From Octopus vulgaris (lineage: Eukaryota), in NCBI GenBank assembly GCA_951406725.2, contig OX597823.1, positions 30,132,001 to 30,196,000 on the forward strand: 64,000 bases of DNA, read 5' to 3'. The notes beneath the pieces were generated by a model that made no database searches, was not told the origin of the DNA, and saw nothing but the letters and a program-made list of their open reading frames with translations. This document shows positions 12,678-25,914 of the stretch, piece by piece; position 1 is the first letter of the stretch; every line of letters begins with the position of its first letter. Both the position numbers and the translations under genes were made by a program.

Positions 12678-12843
12678 GGCACAGGAGTGGTTGTGTGGTG
12701 AATAGCTTGCTTTCCAACCACATGGTTCTCGGTTCAGTCCCAATGCGTGGCACCTTGGCAAGTGTCTTCTACTATAATCTCCGACCAAGACATTGTGAGT
12801 GGATTTGGTAGACGGAAACTAGAAGAAGCCCGTCGTGTGTGTG

Positions 12844-12891
<48 letters not shown>

Positions 12892-13095
12892 CGTGTGTGT
12901 GTGTGCTTGACAACCGATGTTGGTGTGTCTGTGCTTGTTTTCGTAACTTAACGGCTCTGTAAAAGAAACCGATAGAATAATTACTAGGCTTACAAAAAAT
13001 AGGTCCTGGGGTCGATTTGTTCGACTAAGGGCGGTGCACCAGCATGGCCGCAGTCAAATGACTGAAACAAGTAAAAGAATGAAAGAATAAAAGAA
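12678..13095 (+). mobile_element. tRNA-derived CORE-like SINE (same family as 7330-7748)
   Basis: GGCACAGGAGTGGTTGTGTGG head through CAGCATGGCCGCAGTC tail. Confidence 0.85.
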
Positions 13096-13120
13096 TAGAG
13101 ACAGAAAGACAGATAGGGAG

Positions 13121-13151
<31 letters not shown>

Positions 13152-13204
13152 CAGACAGACAAACACACACACACACACACACACAAAGAGGCAGACAGAT
13201 AAAC

Positions 13205-13278
<74 letters not shown>

Positions 13279-13316
13279 TTGTATGACTGATTTTTTTGCT
13301 TATTTGTGGGTATATC

Positions 13317-13348
<32 letters not shown>

Positions 13349-13351
13349 ATG

Positions 13352-13649
13352 GTATCTCCCGTCGAAGACGACGTATAAGGGTTCAGTTTTTACCGAACGA
13401 CCTGCACAAACGATTCGTTTATTGTGATCAAATGCTCGTGCCGCACATTAGCTCACTCTCTTGCCCATCAAATCGACATTGTCTGAACAGGTGCATTGTA
13501 TACCACGCGTCAGGTGACGATGTGATTGCAGGGAAACATGAGGTGAGTTGTCTTGCTCAAGAATACAACACACCACCCGGTCTAGCGATTGAAATCACTA
13601 TCTGGCGATCGTGAGTACAACTCCCTAACCACTAGGCCATGCGCCCTCA
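13352..13649 (-). mobile_element. tRNA-derived SINE (related to the 33085 family)
   Basis: Minus: GAGGGCGCATGGCCTAGTGGTTAGGG...GATTTCAATCG...TTCTTGAGCAAGACA. Confidence 0.75.
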
Positions 13650-13671
13650 TATATGCATACATATGTGTGTT

Positions 13672-13712
<41 letters not shown>

Positions 13713-13848
13713 CAGGTAGTTTTTGTGAAGCATTGAGAGGTATAATTTAAAGAATGCAGTTGCGTAAAGCCGGAACAATGCGAGAACGCACAAAGTAAGC
13801 TATAAATTGAAGAGAAAACAGAACAAAGTTGCAGTTTTACTTCGTATA

Positions 13849-13930
13849 TCTATATTTCGGGGTGAAAACCTCTTCATCAGGACATTTTTCAGAATGTTCT
13901 GAAGAAGTAGTTTTTACCCCGAAATATAGA
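13849..13930. ncRNA. Inverted pair of hammerhead motifs forming a hairpin
   Basis: Plus: CTGAAGAagtagtttttaccccGAAAtaTAga. Minus: CTGATGAagaggttttcaccccGAAAtaTAga. Arms 13849-13886 and 13893-13930. Confidence 0.65.
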
Positions 13931-14198
13931 AATGTGTGTGTGTGTGTGTGCATACACATGTTATACAGTCACACACACGCACGCACGCGTACATATATCT
14001 TTCATCGTTTGCTTATTTCAGTCATTTGATTTTCATGTTTAGTCGAACAAACCAAATCCAGGACTTGTTTTAAGTGGCATTCATACGGTCTCTTTTTGCC
14101 GAACCGCAAAGCTACATGGACATGAACAAACTAATACCGGTTGCCAAGCATTAGTAAAACAGCAACACAGAAAACGGTGCGCACACACCTACATGTAT

Positions 14199-14247
<49 letters not shown>

Positions 14248-14261
14248 CACATACACACACA

Positions 14262-14337
<76 letters not shown>

Positions 14338-14339
14338 CA

Positions 14340-14578
14340 CAAAATAAGGGCAAAAGAAAAATTCTAATGCCAAATATGCCGAAAACAAGACAAAATTGTC
14401 AATAACCATTATAATTTATGCGTCTCGAAACAAACCGATAGAAATTTCTAAAAAATCCGTTATTACCGTATTGGTTCCAATTTCGGGGTTAATTCATAAA
14501 AATTTTCCCCTCTTCAGCGATAAATACGTGAAACATAAATGAAATACTTACTCATACCCATGGAAAAAGCAAGCACTA
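14340..14578 (-). mobile_element. HHR-bearing short element family D (homologous to 56505-56760); canonical HHR at 14463-14523
   Basis: Minus: ttatcg-CTGAAGA-GGGG...CCCC-GAAA-TTGG-aa-CCAA-TA-cggtaa. Flanks align with the 56.5 kb element (CCATGGGTATGAGTAAGTAT; TTTTTAGAAATTTCT; TTTTCGGCATATTTGG). Confidence 0.8.
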
Positions 14579-16122
14579 AAGGGGCAGTAAGAACAAGTGT
14601 ATTGAAATAGTTATGATGGATTAACAACACGTTGAGACTAGATATTTTACACATATTTAGATATATCTAATACCTATCCTTCGTGAAAATTTCAAGTGAA
14701 TGGAATAAGATGTTTCGTAAGTTATGAGGAAATAAACAAACAAACTTCCAAACTGCAACGGCCAAAAGCTCAGGGTCACTTAGAAAAAATGATGTATTTG
14801 TTGTTTAGAAGACTGTTAATGGGGTAACAGTTACTTCTTATGATCTTACATCATTGGAACGTTCAACTGTCAACATGGCGGCTTGTGAGAGACGATCGGT
14901 GTCCTGTGATGAAAAACAAAGGATTGTGTGCCTTCACCAAGAGAGCAAGTCAAATTCTGTGATAGCAACTACTGTAGGAAGGTCTAGAAATGTTGTGCAA
15001 CGAATTGTAGCTCGTTTTAAGTCATCAGGATCGACAGATGATAAACCCCAAGTCGGTAGACCTCGTAAAACTTCACCAAGACAGGGTTGTATTATGGTTA
15101 GAATGTCACAGAAGGATAGGTTTAAGAGTGCTGCTGAGATAACCCGCGAGTTTAGCTCCACTTCCGATGTCAACCTATCACGCAAAACAGTTTCTCAGAG
15201 GTTACGAGGTTCTAGGTTGCTTGCTCGAGCACAAGCAAAGAAACCTCTGATTTCCAAGAAGAATCAAAGAGCGCGTCCTCGTTTCGCTCACGAACATGTC
15301 GTTTGGACAGAAGAACGGTGGCCGCAGATTCATTTTAGCGATGAATCGAAGTTTAATGTGATTGGTTCCGATGGCGGGATGTATGTCCGACGAGGAAGTG
15401 GCGAAAGGTTATCCCATGCATGTGTGAAAAAGACAGTGAAATATGGAGAAGTCAGAGTAATGATATGGGGAGTGATCTTTACTGCTGGTCCTGGTCCACT
15501 TATTCACCTACAAGGGACTGTCAATGGTGAAATCTACAAGCGGATTCTTAGACAGCATGCCCTTCCACATCTCCGATTGTCGTCAGTTCAACCTCCTATC
15601 TTCGTACAGGACAACGCTCCCTGTCACACTGCAAAGAAAGTCAAAGATTTTTTGATGGAAGGGGTTGATCTCATGGACTAGCCACCTCAAAATCCTGATA
15701 TCAACCCTATAGAAAACGTTTGGAAAATTATAGGAGATAAGGCGCAAAAGAGAAATCCCAAGAACCAGAATGAAGTCTGGGAATCATTGAAAAATAAATT
15801 AATTCAGTCCTATGGTAACAGATGTCAGGAGGTCATTGATAGTAAAGGGATGTTCACAAAATATTAATAGTAAGGGTTTCTTTTTTGTTCTTGTTCCATT
15901 TTTCGTTGTTTTTCTAAGTGACCCTCAACTTTTGGCCGTTGCAGTTTGGAAGGTTATTTATTTATTTCCTCATAACTTACGAAATATTTATTACATTCAC
16001 TTGAAATTTTCGCCAAAAGATAAATATTAGATATATCTATATATGTGTAAAATATCTAGTCTCAATGTTTTCTTCATCTTCTATAATAGATATTTTAATA
16101 CACTTGTTCTTACTGATCCTTA
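14579..16122 (+). mobile_element. Tc1-family DNA transposon, full length with about 210-bp TIRs and TA flanks
   Basis: TIRs about 14579-14790 and 15905-16122 (e.g. CAGTAAGAACAAGTGTATT / AATACACTTGTTCTTACTG; CCAAACTGCAACGGCCAAAAG / CTTTTGGCCGTTGCAGTTTGG). Confidence 0.93.
14875..15868 (+). pseudogene. Tc1 transposase (DD34E type), inactivated
   Basis: GRPRKT, FSDESKF, MIWG, QDNAPCH, then TAG in place of W (15679-81), followed by PPQNPDINPIENVW. D-to-E spacing is 33 here (probable codon loss). Deletion near the C-terminus. Confidence 0.92.
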
Positions 16123-16141
16123 TATTATATCCGCTACTGTA

Positions 16142-16205
<64 letters not shown>

Positions 16206-16224
16206 TGTGTGTGTGTGTGTGTAG

Positions 16225-16400
16225 TTCAAATTTACAGAAAACAAAAGACGAAGGCAGGTGTAGGAGCAACAGACAGGTGTATTAGTTTAATGCTTGGGAA
16301 GAATAGAAAAGTCTTTGATGTTTCGAGCTTATGCTCTTCAACAGAAAGGATTAAAAGGGAAAAAATGGACAGAGAAAAAAGCCGAGAGAGAAAATATGTG
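16225..16400 (-). mobile_element. HHR-bearing short element family A
   Basis: Minus HHR 16313-16348: cttt-CTGTTGA-a-GAGC-ataa-GCTC-GAAA-ca-TC-aaag. Confidence 0.78.
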
Positions 16401-16449
16401 CAGAGTTCAACGGTCCAACAAGGCAAGATGTCTGGAAAAAAGAGGTAGG

Positions 16450-16563
<114 letters not shown>

Positions 16564-16612
16564 AACTTCCTTGGAAATGGATGCGTGGCGTTCGATCATA
16601 TAATAATATAAG

Positions 16613-16659
<47 letters not shown>

Positions 16660-17090
16660 CATATATACATACATATATGTACATACGTGCATATATATGT
16701 ATATATACATGCATATATGGGTGCAGGGCGTCAAAAAAAACGTGAACAAAATGAAAAATGAGAACATAAATAACAAAAATATGGAAAACGACCTTTTTTT
16801 TTTCGAAGAACAGAAGAAACAAATAGAGAAACGAGAAAGGCAACATAAAGAACATTCCAACGCCGGGTATATAAAACAGGAGACAACTGATGAAGGGAAT
16901 GTTCTTTATGTTGCCTGTCTCATTTCTCTGTTTGTTTTTTTCGTTGTTCGAAAAAATAGTTCGTTTTCCATGTTTTATGTTTCTATGCTCTCATTTCTCA
17001 TTCTGTTCACGTCTTTTTTGACGTCCCGTACCCATATATGCATGTATATGTACATATATATGTAGGTATGTACATATATGTATGTATATA

Positions 17091-17161
<71 letters not shown>

Positions 17162-17179
17162 CATATTATATATATATAT

Positions 17180-17385
17180 GATAGATCGTCCCCATGATAG
17201 ATCGTTAGCCACTACACACATTTTTTTCTCTCCTTGTTTTTTCTGTGTGCCTTTCTGTAGAAGAGCGTAGGCTCGAAACGTAAAAGACTTTTTCTATTCC
17301 TGAGCGTTATACTAATACATCTGTTTGTTTTGTACACCACCTGCCTTCGTCTTTTGTTTTGTTTTTTTCGTAAACTCTCCCTATA
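17180..17385 (+). mobile_element. HHR-bearing short element family A (near-identical to 32530-32720)
   Basis: HHR 17251-17286: cttt-CTGTAGA-a-GAGC-gtag-GCTC-GAAA-cg-TA-aaag. Flanked by (TA)n. Confidence 0.82.
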
Positions 17386-17602
17386 TATATATGTGTGTGT
17401 GTGTGTGTATCTTTCACACGAAACTAGCTCACGTGGTATTGTTTGACCCGGGGCTAGAGTAGAAGACACTTGCCCAAAATGTCTTGCAGTGGAGCTGAAC
17501 CCGAAACACCATAGTTGTAAAGTGAGCTTCTTAACCATACGATCGTACATGCGCCTCTACTCACTCACACACGCACACATGTACATATTTATATACATGG
17601 AT

Positions 17603-17842
17603 AAACTTTATTTCGCATTGCTCCAGTTCACTCAGCTGTAGAAATGAGTTGTGACGTTACTGGTGCCAAGCTGTATCGGCCCCTTTGCCTTTCCATTGGG
17701 TAACATCAGTGGCATGGAGAGGTGATGCTTTTATGCTTGTGTGACTGCTGGTCTTCCATAAACAACCTTGTCCCGACTTGTGCCACGGGGGGCAACTTTT
17801 AAATGCAATCCCATGGTCATTCACGACCGAAGGGGGTCTCCC
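17603..17842 (+). mobile_element. SINE body and tail fragment
   Basis: ACTTTATTTCGCATTGCTCCAGTTCACTCAGCTG is shared with the 33085 SINE. Different tail. Confidence 0.6.
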
Positions 17843-18011
17843 CCTCATATGTATACAATAATGTTCCAACTTCAAATTCCGCCCTGATCAACTTAGCGTT
17901 TCATCCTTTGGAAGCCGATAAAATAATGCACCAGTCTGTTAATTGGCAGACCCCTGCCCCAAATTTGTGGGCTTGTGCCTATATCAGAAACTATTGTTAT
18001 TGCTGTTACAG

Positions 18012-18230
18012 AGGCGGGAAGCCGGCAGAATCGTTAGCAGACAAATTGCTTAGCGGCATTTCCTCCGGCTTTACGTTCTGAGTTCAAATTCCGCTGAGGT
18101 AGACATTGCTTTTCTTCCTTTTTTCTTTTTTTGAGGTCAATAAAATGAGTATCCGTTATACACTGGGGTCTTTGTAATCAACTTAATCCCTTCCCGCCAA
18201 ATTTCAGGCTTTGTGCCTATAGTAGAAAGG

Positions 18231-18302
<72 letters not shown>
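18012..18302 (+). mobile_element. tRNA-derived SINE family B with (ATT)n tail (other copies 12015-12110 -, 17865-17990 +, 19840-20050 -, 37800-38182 -)
   Basis: GGCG..GCCGGCAGAATCGTTAGCA...GAGTTCAAATTCC...CTATAGTAGAAAGG(ATT)n. Confidence 0.82.
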
Positions 18303-18712
<410 letters not shown>

Positions 18713-18825
18713 GAGTGAGAGAGCAGTGCATGCCATCAAAGTGACACTGGGGTAGAATATACGAAGCCCAGTATACCCATCATGACTACCCGTCTGATAA
18801 GGGTACACCAGGCACATGCATCACA
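18713..18825 (-). mobile_element. SINE 3' fragment with (AAT)n tail
   Basis: Complex island between microsatellites, ending ...TGCTCTCTCACTC(AAT)n on the minus strand. Confidence 0.5.
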
Positions 18826-18839
18826 ACGTCGTCATCATT

Positions 18840-18927
<88 letters not shown>

Positions 18928-18983
18928 TCATCATTATCATTATTATTATCATCATCATCATCATTATCATTATCATTATTATT

Positions 18984-19022
<39 letters not shown>

Positions 19023-19680
19023 GCTGCTTGCTGTTGTTGTTTTGTTGTTGTTATTTCTCTATCGTTACCGTTAGATTTTCTTTTGGGAAGCCAGTTAGGT
19101 CCCTGTAGTGGTTGGACCCCTTTGGAATCGAATTTCTTTTAATAAACTTTCGAAAATTTATTTTGAGAATTAGTTCGCTGTGCTTCTTTTTGTTTTTTTG
19201 TTTTTTTATCACGGAGCACGGCAACGATGAGACGGCCGAGAAGAATGAGAGGTAACAAGGAGATGACAAAAAGTGGGGAAGTCGTGAGGAAAATTACCCG
19301 ATTCGCATATCAGATGCTGATAGTAGGAGGAGTAACTAAGGAGACCCTCCTCTTCTTTAGCGAGATTGACAGCAGCAGCAGCAACAACAACTATAACAAA
19401 CAATGCCAGCCACCCCCTCTTCACCGCCTAACAAACGTAAGAATAGGGAGAGAAGTAACAAAAATAGCCGGGAAACTAAACTACCACCGTCACCATGGTG
19501 GAAATTGTTCCAACAAGCAGCTGCAAAACCCTCAACAATAGCAAGAAGTCCCCTCCACATTTGTTAGGGCAACAAGTAGATAGGGGCAGGTGTTGTTATA
19601 GCATTTAAATAAGACCTGTTGGAAGCCAAAGAAATACATAGGGTGCGATAATAGCAAATCAATAAGAACCTTCACCACCA

Positions 19681-19770
19681 CACACGCACGCTCACACGCA
19701 CGCTCACACGCACGCTCACACGCACGCTCACACGCACGCTCACACGCACGCTCACACGCACGCTCACACG
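19681..19770. repeat. 12-bp tandem repeat (CACACGCACGCT)n
   Basis: About 7 perfect units. Confidence 0.95.
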
Positions 19771-20049
19771 CACACAAGCACGCACACGCACAGATACCGT
19801 CCTGCAAACAATGAAATAATACTACTAATATTAATAACCCTTTCTACTATAAGAACAAGGCCTGAAGTTTTTTTTTGGGGGGAGGGAAATAGTCGATTAC
19901 ATCGACCCCAATTCGTAACTAGTACTTGTTTCATCGACCCTGAAAGGATGAAAGGCAAAGTCGACCTCAGTGGAATTTGAACTCAGAACGTAATTACGGA
20001 CGAAATGACGCTAAGCCCGGTGTGCTAATGATTCTGCCAGCTCGCCGCC

Positions 20050-20104
<55 letters not shown>

Positions 20105-20359
20105 TAATTGTTGTTGTTGTTGACAAAGATCCGGAGGGATTGTATTCACCTCAATAGACGGCATTGATTGGTTGAAATTGCCGAAATGCAAGAAATTAAA
20201 GAACAAATAGCTTACAAACTACAGTATTTTCTCAAGAAAGCCAAGAGAAAAAGATGTTTTATAAACACATTCTACCAGTATACGAAGTTTAAAAGTGTTT
20301 AGTTACAAAGAAATTATTTTAAAAATCTGCCGGTTAAAGCGAAAAGATCCGTCGTTTTA

Positions 20360-20543
20360 TTTGTAACTACACCTTTTCTGTTTTAAAACCCATAAAAAAT
20401 AAATTTTGAGTGTTTTTTTAGGGCTGGAACAGATTAATTATAATTTACTTAATTTCAGTGGGGAGAATTGATTTGTAAAACGAGTAAATCGTAAGACGGG
20501 CTCGGTCATGAAACGAATTAAACTCGTACTGCGCGGTATCACT
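20360..20543 (+). mobile_element. pogo/Tigger-like right end
   Basis: GGCTGGAACAGATTAATT...GGGGAGAATTGATTTG..ACGAGTAAAT..GCTCGGTCATGAAACGAATTAAACTCGTA..GGTATCACTA|TA resembles Tigger terminal and subterminal sequence. Confidence 0.55.
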
Positions 20544-21531
20544 ATACTATAACTAGTATCACTCTACATTTTACTCATATCTTTTCTTTCTTTTTATTTT
20601 TCATAATGTGTGCTTGATATCTCATGATGGTATTTAAATGTTCGATTCTACAGCGCAAATTGTCGACTTTTGTTAGCCACGTGGGTGGCATCCGTTGCTT
20701 AATTTCATTGCCATGTGTATCTTGCGGATCTCATAAGAAGTTGTTTCAAAATGATAGCAGCTGTGTTTTGAAAGCATTGATTGTCCTGTAGACTCTATCA
20801 CGTGTTCTCGTATTTTCTTTTCCAGCAATACTGTCGATAACATTTAACGTAAGACTGGCCGTTATTTCCTTTTTTCTTTGACTCGCGTCAAAAACGATTT
20901 GTTGTCTAAAGATAGATTCGAGAATTTGAAAAACTTCGCAAAGTCTTTTTTCTTTTTTCTTTTTTTTATGAAGCTGTAAATATTCTAAAGGCATCTCTGT
21001 CAGTTCAGTTGTATGTAAATGTTGGATTATGATGGTGATAGTGATAGCGATGGTGTTGTTTGCGAATATATCGTTACGTGTGTGTGTGTGTATGAGGCGA
21101 TGATGGTAGAAATGAAAGAGGCGATGCTATCAGCGGTTTGTTTACATTTCTATTACATTTTCTCCTTATTGCAGCTTTTCTTTAGTTTGGGTTAGCTTTC
21201 CAAATCGACCAAACATTACAGTTGGAATAACACTCAATGTCTGCAAAACTCATTTTGTAAGCAAAGAATGATGTCCGTTGTCGGAGATACTTGGCTCGAA
21301 GTAGCTTATGTTGAATTGGACTAAATTATTTTTATTTAAATACCATTTTCAAGAGTTTAGTCGATCAACTTGACTCAAGCACTTATTGGTGCCCTATTGA
21401 CCAAACTGCTGTGTTTCTCATCCTTTTTTCCTTTGCGTAACCCTTAAAATAAATTACATGTCTCAAGGAACCACTGCACAACAAAAAATTATATACCATA
21501 TCTTTCTCATCATAGTTCACGTGGTAAATAT

Positions 21532-21658
<127 letters not shown>

Positions 21659-21675
21659 GCACACACACAAACATA

Positions 21676-21837
21676 TAGGGTGTCCATAAATTACAGACAT
21701 CACTAAATATATCCCCGATGGTTGTTACATAAAAATATTTTTTAAATACTAAAGAGTATTTTATTCAATAAAATTGCCATTGGCTTCAACCACGGCCTCC
21801 AGACGATTTCGGAATCTCCTGCATCTCTTCTGGACGT
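21676..21837 (-). mobile_element. mariner/maT-like transposon 3' end
   Basis: Minus peptide VQKRCRRFRNRLEAVVEANGNFIE* (stop 21761-63) and terminal TA|TAGGGTGTCCAT TIR. Confidence 0.75.
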
Positions 21838-21944
21838 GAAAAAGTCTTTAACGTTTCGAGCTTACGCTCTTCCACAGAAAGGAACACAGAAAGAAACAAG
21901 GATCAAGGTGAGAAAATAAAGGATATGTAGTGATTAGCGATCTA

Positions 21945-21946
<2 letters not shown>
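21838..21946 (-). mobile_element. HHR-bearing short element family A fragment
   Basis: Minus HHR 21846-21881: cttt-CTGTGGA-a-GAGC-gtaa-GCTC-GAAA-cg-TT-aaag. Confidence 0.78.
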
Positions 21947-22029
<83 letters not shown>

Positions 22030-22032
<3 letters not shown>

Positions 22033-22239
22033 GGTTGGCCAGAAGTTGCCTTAAATACTATCTGTAATTCTATATTGAATCGAATGGGAAAACGTGTAGC
22101 GCAAGAAGGGATTTAGCTTGAACAATTTTCATGGCGTTTCATATTTAGATGCTTTTATTAAACCCATTCAGTTGTTAAATAATAAATCTTGGAATTAAAT
22201 GGTTTTGATTTACAGTCAGGTGACTTTTGGGCAAGCCTG
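22030..22239. mobile_element. Tc1/mariner-type MITE
   Basis: TA|CAGGGTTGGCCAGAAGTTGCCT ... AGGTGACTTTTGGGCAAGCCTG|TA; imperfect 22-bp TIRs. Confidence 0.75.
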
Positions 22240-22724
22240 TATATGTGCAATCATACATACACGCTCACATTTAATGAATGTCCCTTTATAGGTGAATCAC
22301 TCCAGTACAACAAACTATTAAACCGTACTAGTATCCTGTGGGAATTAAATTAATTGTAAACTTTCACGTATGTTTGTACTTAGCTTATCTTGCCAAGATT
22401 TATTGTTGTATCGATGGGATGATTTGTTTTAAAGGGATTATCTGAATTTATTTATTACTGTAATAATTAAGAAAGTTAATTTTAATAGGATTTTCAAAAC
22501 ACATCTGTAGCAAGTATTTAAATAATATACAACGCACACACTCACACACATACACACGCATGTTTATTCTTTTATTCTTTTACTTGTTTCAGTCATTTGA
22601 CTGCGGCCATGATGGAGCACCACCCTTAGTCGAACAAATCGACCTCAGGAATTATTCATTGTAAGCCTACAATTTATTCTATCGGTCGCTTTTGCCGAAA
22701 CTCTATGTTACGGGGTCAAGCACA

Positions 22725-22792
<68 letters not shown>

Positions 22793-22852
22793 ATTATTTT
22801 TTTTGTACTTGTTTGAGTCATTTGACTGCGGCCATGCTGGAGCACCGCCTTT

Positions 22853-23017
22853 AGAGTGGTGAAAGAGTACAGCAGGGATCACCACCATCCCCTGCCGGAG
22901 CCTCGTGGAGCTTTTAGGTGTTTTCGCTCAATAAACACACACAACGCCCGGTCTGGGAATCGAAACCACGATCCTCCGACCGCAAGTCCGCTGCCCTAAC
23001 CACTGGGCCATTGCGCC
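22853..23017 (-). mobile_element. tRNA-derived SINE head (third family)
   Basis: Minus: GGCGCAATGGCCCAGTGGTTAGGGCAGCGGAC...GGTTTCGATTCCC. Confidence 0.75.
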
Positions 23018-23977
23018 TATATATATATATGATGGGCTTCTTTCAGTTTCCTTCTACCAAATCCACTCACAAAGCTTTGGTCGGCCCGAGGCTATAGTAG
23101 AATACACTTGCCCAAAGTGTCATGTGTACTTGAGAAGCAAGCTTCTTACAACACAGCCACGCCTGCGCCTTTACTATTTTCTATTAGAATTTACTTATTT
23201 TACTTAGCTTCACATATTTAGGGAAAATAGCAACGTGTGTGTGTGTGTGCTCATTGAAACGTTTTGTGTTCTACGATTCAATGATAGCAAAAAAAATAAT
23301 AAATTCGCAGCATATCCTGTGTTTTTGTACATGCCAATGATAATTTTCTCCCGGACGTAACTCAGTAGTGGAAGACCACCCGTTTGCGCTCGAACGCGCT
23401 GGATATAACTTTACATGACAGCAAATAGATTTCCAATTAAAATGTAAAGTAGAGGTGTGCAAAAACCAACCGAGCTTACTATGACGGACATATTGTATTT
23501 ATGTGTTTTCAAATTTCTTTTACGTTATAAATGCAAATGATAAAGCGCGATGATACACAAAATGTGAGGAAAGTAAACTAGAATAATAGATACACACACA
23601 CACATACACATATCATATGATATATATACTTTTCGCTTGTTTGTAAGAAGCATGCATTCAGTTCTGTGAGAATGAATACAAAACTTATACGTGAGTTACA
23701 TAAAGTCTCAGTGGTTCATATTCACACACGGCGCGCTATACAATCTCGTCCAATTATTCTGAGCATGAAACTTGAAGTAGCTCACGTATAACTCCTGTAT
23801 ACATTGAATGATATGTGTGTGTGTGAATGCAAGAGTGTGTGTGTATATGTATGGGTGTAAACAAATCTCTACAGTCTTATTTTACTCTATGTACACTGTT
23901 ATATTTATAAAGAAAGGAACCAGTAGCAAGAGAGTTGGAGAAAATGACACGAATTTTCTTTACGGTTTTCTCTATAG

Positions 23978-24041
<64 letters not shown>

Positions 24042-24713
24042 TCTGCTCACGTGCGTGTGTGTGTTTTAAATAAGTAAATAAGGAAAGAGGGATGTAAGGA
24101 AAGAGGGTTTGTCGGAAAGAGGCAAAAGAATAAACGATAAAGAATAAACAGATAAAGAAGGGAAAGACCGATAGGAGAAATGAATGAATGAAAGAAAGAA
24201 ATCGTTCTTCCTGCTTTAACGAAAGATAAACTTAAAAAGAAAAAAAAGAAAAAAAGGTAGAAAGGAAAGCAGGAAGGAAGAGAAGAAAGCCAGGTTACTA
24301 AGGAAGGAAAACAGAAAGATTAGTGCAAAGGAGAGAAAAAGAAAGAAAGAAAGAAAGAAAGACATGAATAAGAAGAGGCACCAGGAAAAAGAAAGGAAAG
24401 AAAGAAGGGTGGAGAGGAAGGTGAGGGGAAGGGAAAGGAGAAGAAGGTAAGGGGAGAGAAGGAGAGGGGGAATAGGGTGAAAGATAAAGAGAGACTGAGA
24501 GAGGGAGAGAGAAAAGACAACAAAGAGGATTCTGACAAATGTGAGGGATTAAAGTAAAAAATGCAAGACAAATTAGGAAATGTGGATAGGTGCGTATATA
24601 CACATTTCTCTGTGCCAGTGTGTGTGTGTGTGTGTGTATGTATATATATATGTATGTATGTATGTAAGCATGTATGTATGCATGTATGTATACATGTATA
24701 TATGTGTGAGTGA

Positions 24714-24752
<39 letters not shown>

Positions 24753-24768
24753 TGTATGTGTGTATTTA

Positions 24769-24800
<32 letters not shown>

Positions 24801-24985
24801 CACACGCACACAAACACACACACACTCACAAACACACACAGAAACGTATGTGCATATATACAGATATATATACACATATATACATACACACACACACATT
24901 ATATGCAGTTATATATGTATGCGCAAATATGTGTGTGTGTGTGTGTGTGTGTGAATGTGTGTGCACGTGAGAGTAGCGTAGTGTT

Positions 24986-24999
24986 GTTGCCATGGCAAC
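24986..24999. promoter_or_regulatory. Perfect palindromic RFX X-box motif
   Basis: GTTGCCATGGCAAC in a short CpG-containing unique island (24960-25087). E-box CACGTG at 24964-24969. Confidence 0.45.
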
Positions 25000-25087
25000 T
25001 GAAAAACGAGTCCTCTCGATGTGACAGTCAAACAAGAGACGCTGCCGCGCGGTTAACCCCTTTACAATAGCGACCATTCTCAAACCC

Positions 25088-25536
25088 TACACTACCACCA
25101 CCACCGTCATCACCACCACCACCACCGCCACCACCACCTCCACCACCACCACCACCACCGCCATCGCCACCACCACCACCACCACCGCCACCGCCACCAC
25201 CACCTCCTCCACCACCACCACCACCACCACCACCACCACAGCCACCAGCACCAGCACCATTACCACACCACCACCGCCTCCACCACTTTTACTAGTAACA
25301 AATTCACCGTCAACATCGACTCCCCCACCCTCACCATTGTCCCCAACGGCATCACCACCACCCCACCCCAACCGTCATCACCAATACCACCGCTACTACC
25401 ACCACCACCAGCACGACAACAACAACCATCGTCACCATTACAATTGACATGAAGCCTACAACCCCTACTACAACAACCAATACTGCAGCGACTGCTACAA
25501 CTACAGCTGCTATTACATTTTCTACTGTTGCTACTG

Positions 25537-25575
<39 letters not shown>

Positions 25576-25883
25576 TTGCTACTAGTGCTACTGCTGCAGA
25601 TGATTATGTTGACATAACTACTACCTCTACCACCGCAGCTTCCGCTGCTGCAAAAACTGCTACTACTACTGCCACTACCACCACCACTATTACAATCCCC
25701 ACCACCACTACTTCCACTACTATTACAATCACCACCACAACCACAATCACCACCACAACCACCACTACTACTACTACTACTAATACTACTACTACTAATA
25801 CTACTATTACTGCCACCACCACTACTACTACTGCTACTACTAATACTTACAGCCACCACCATTATTACGACTACTACTGCTGT

Positions 25884-25914
<31 letters not shown>

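Noticed and set aside
20580-20950. Host exon on the minus strand
   Set aside because: In-frame stops; more like a decayed RLE-element N-terminal region, but too weak to call.
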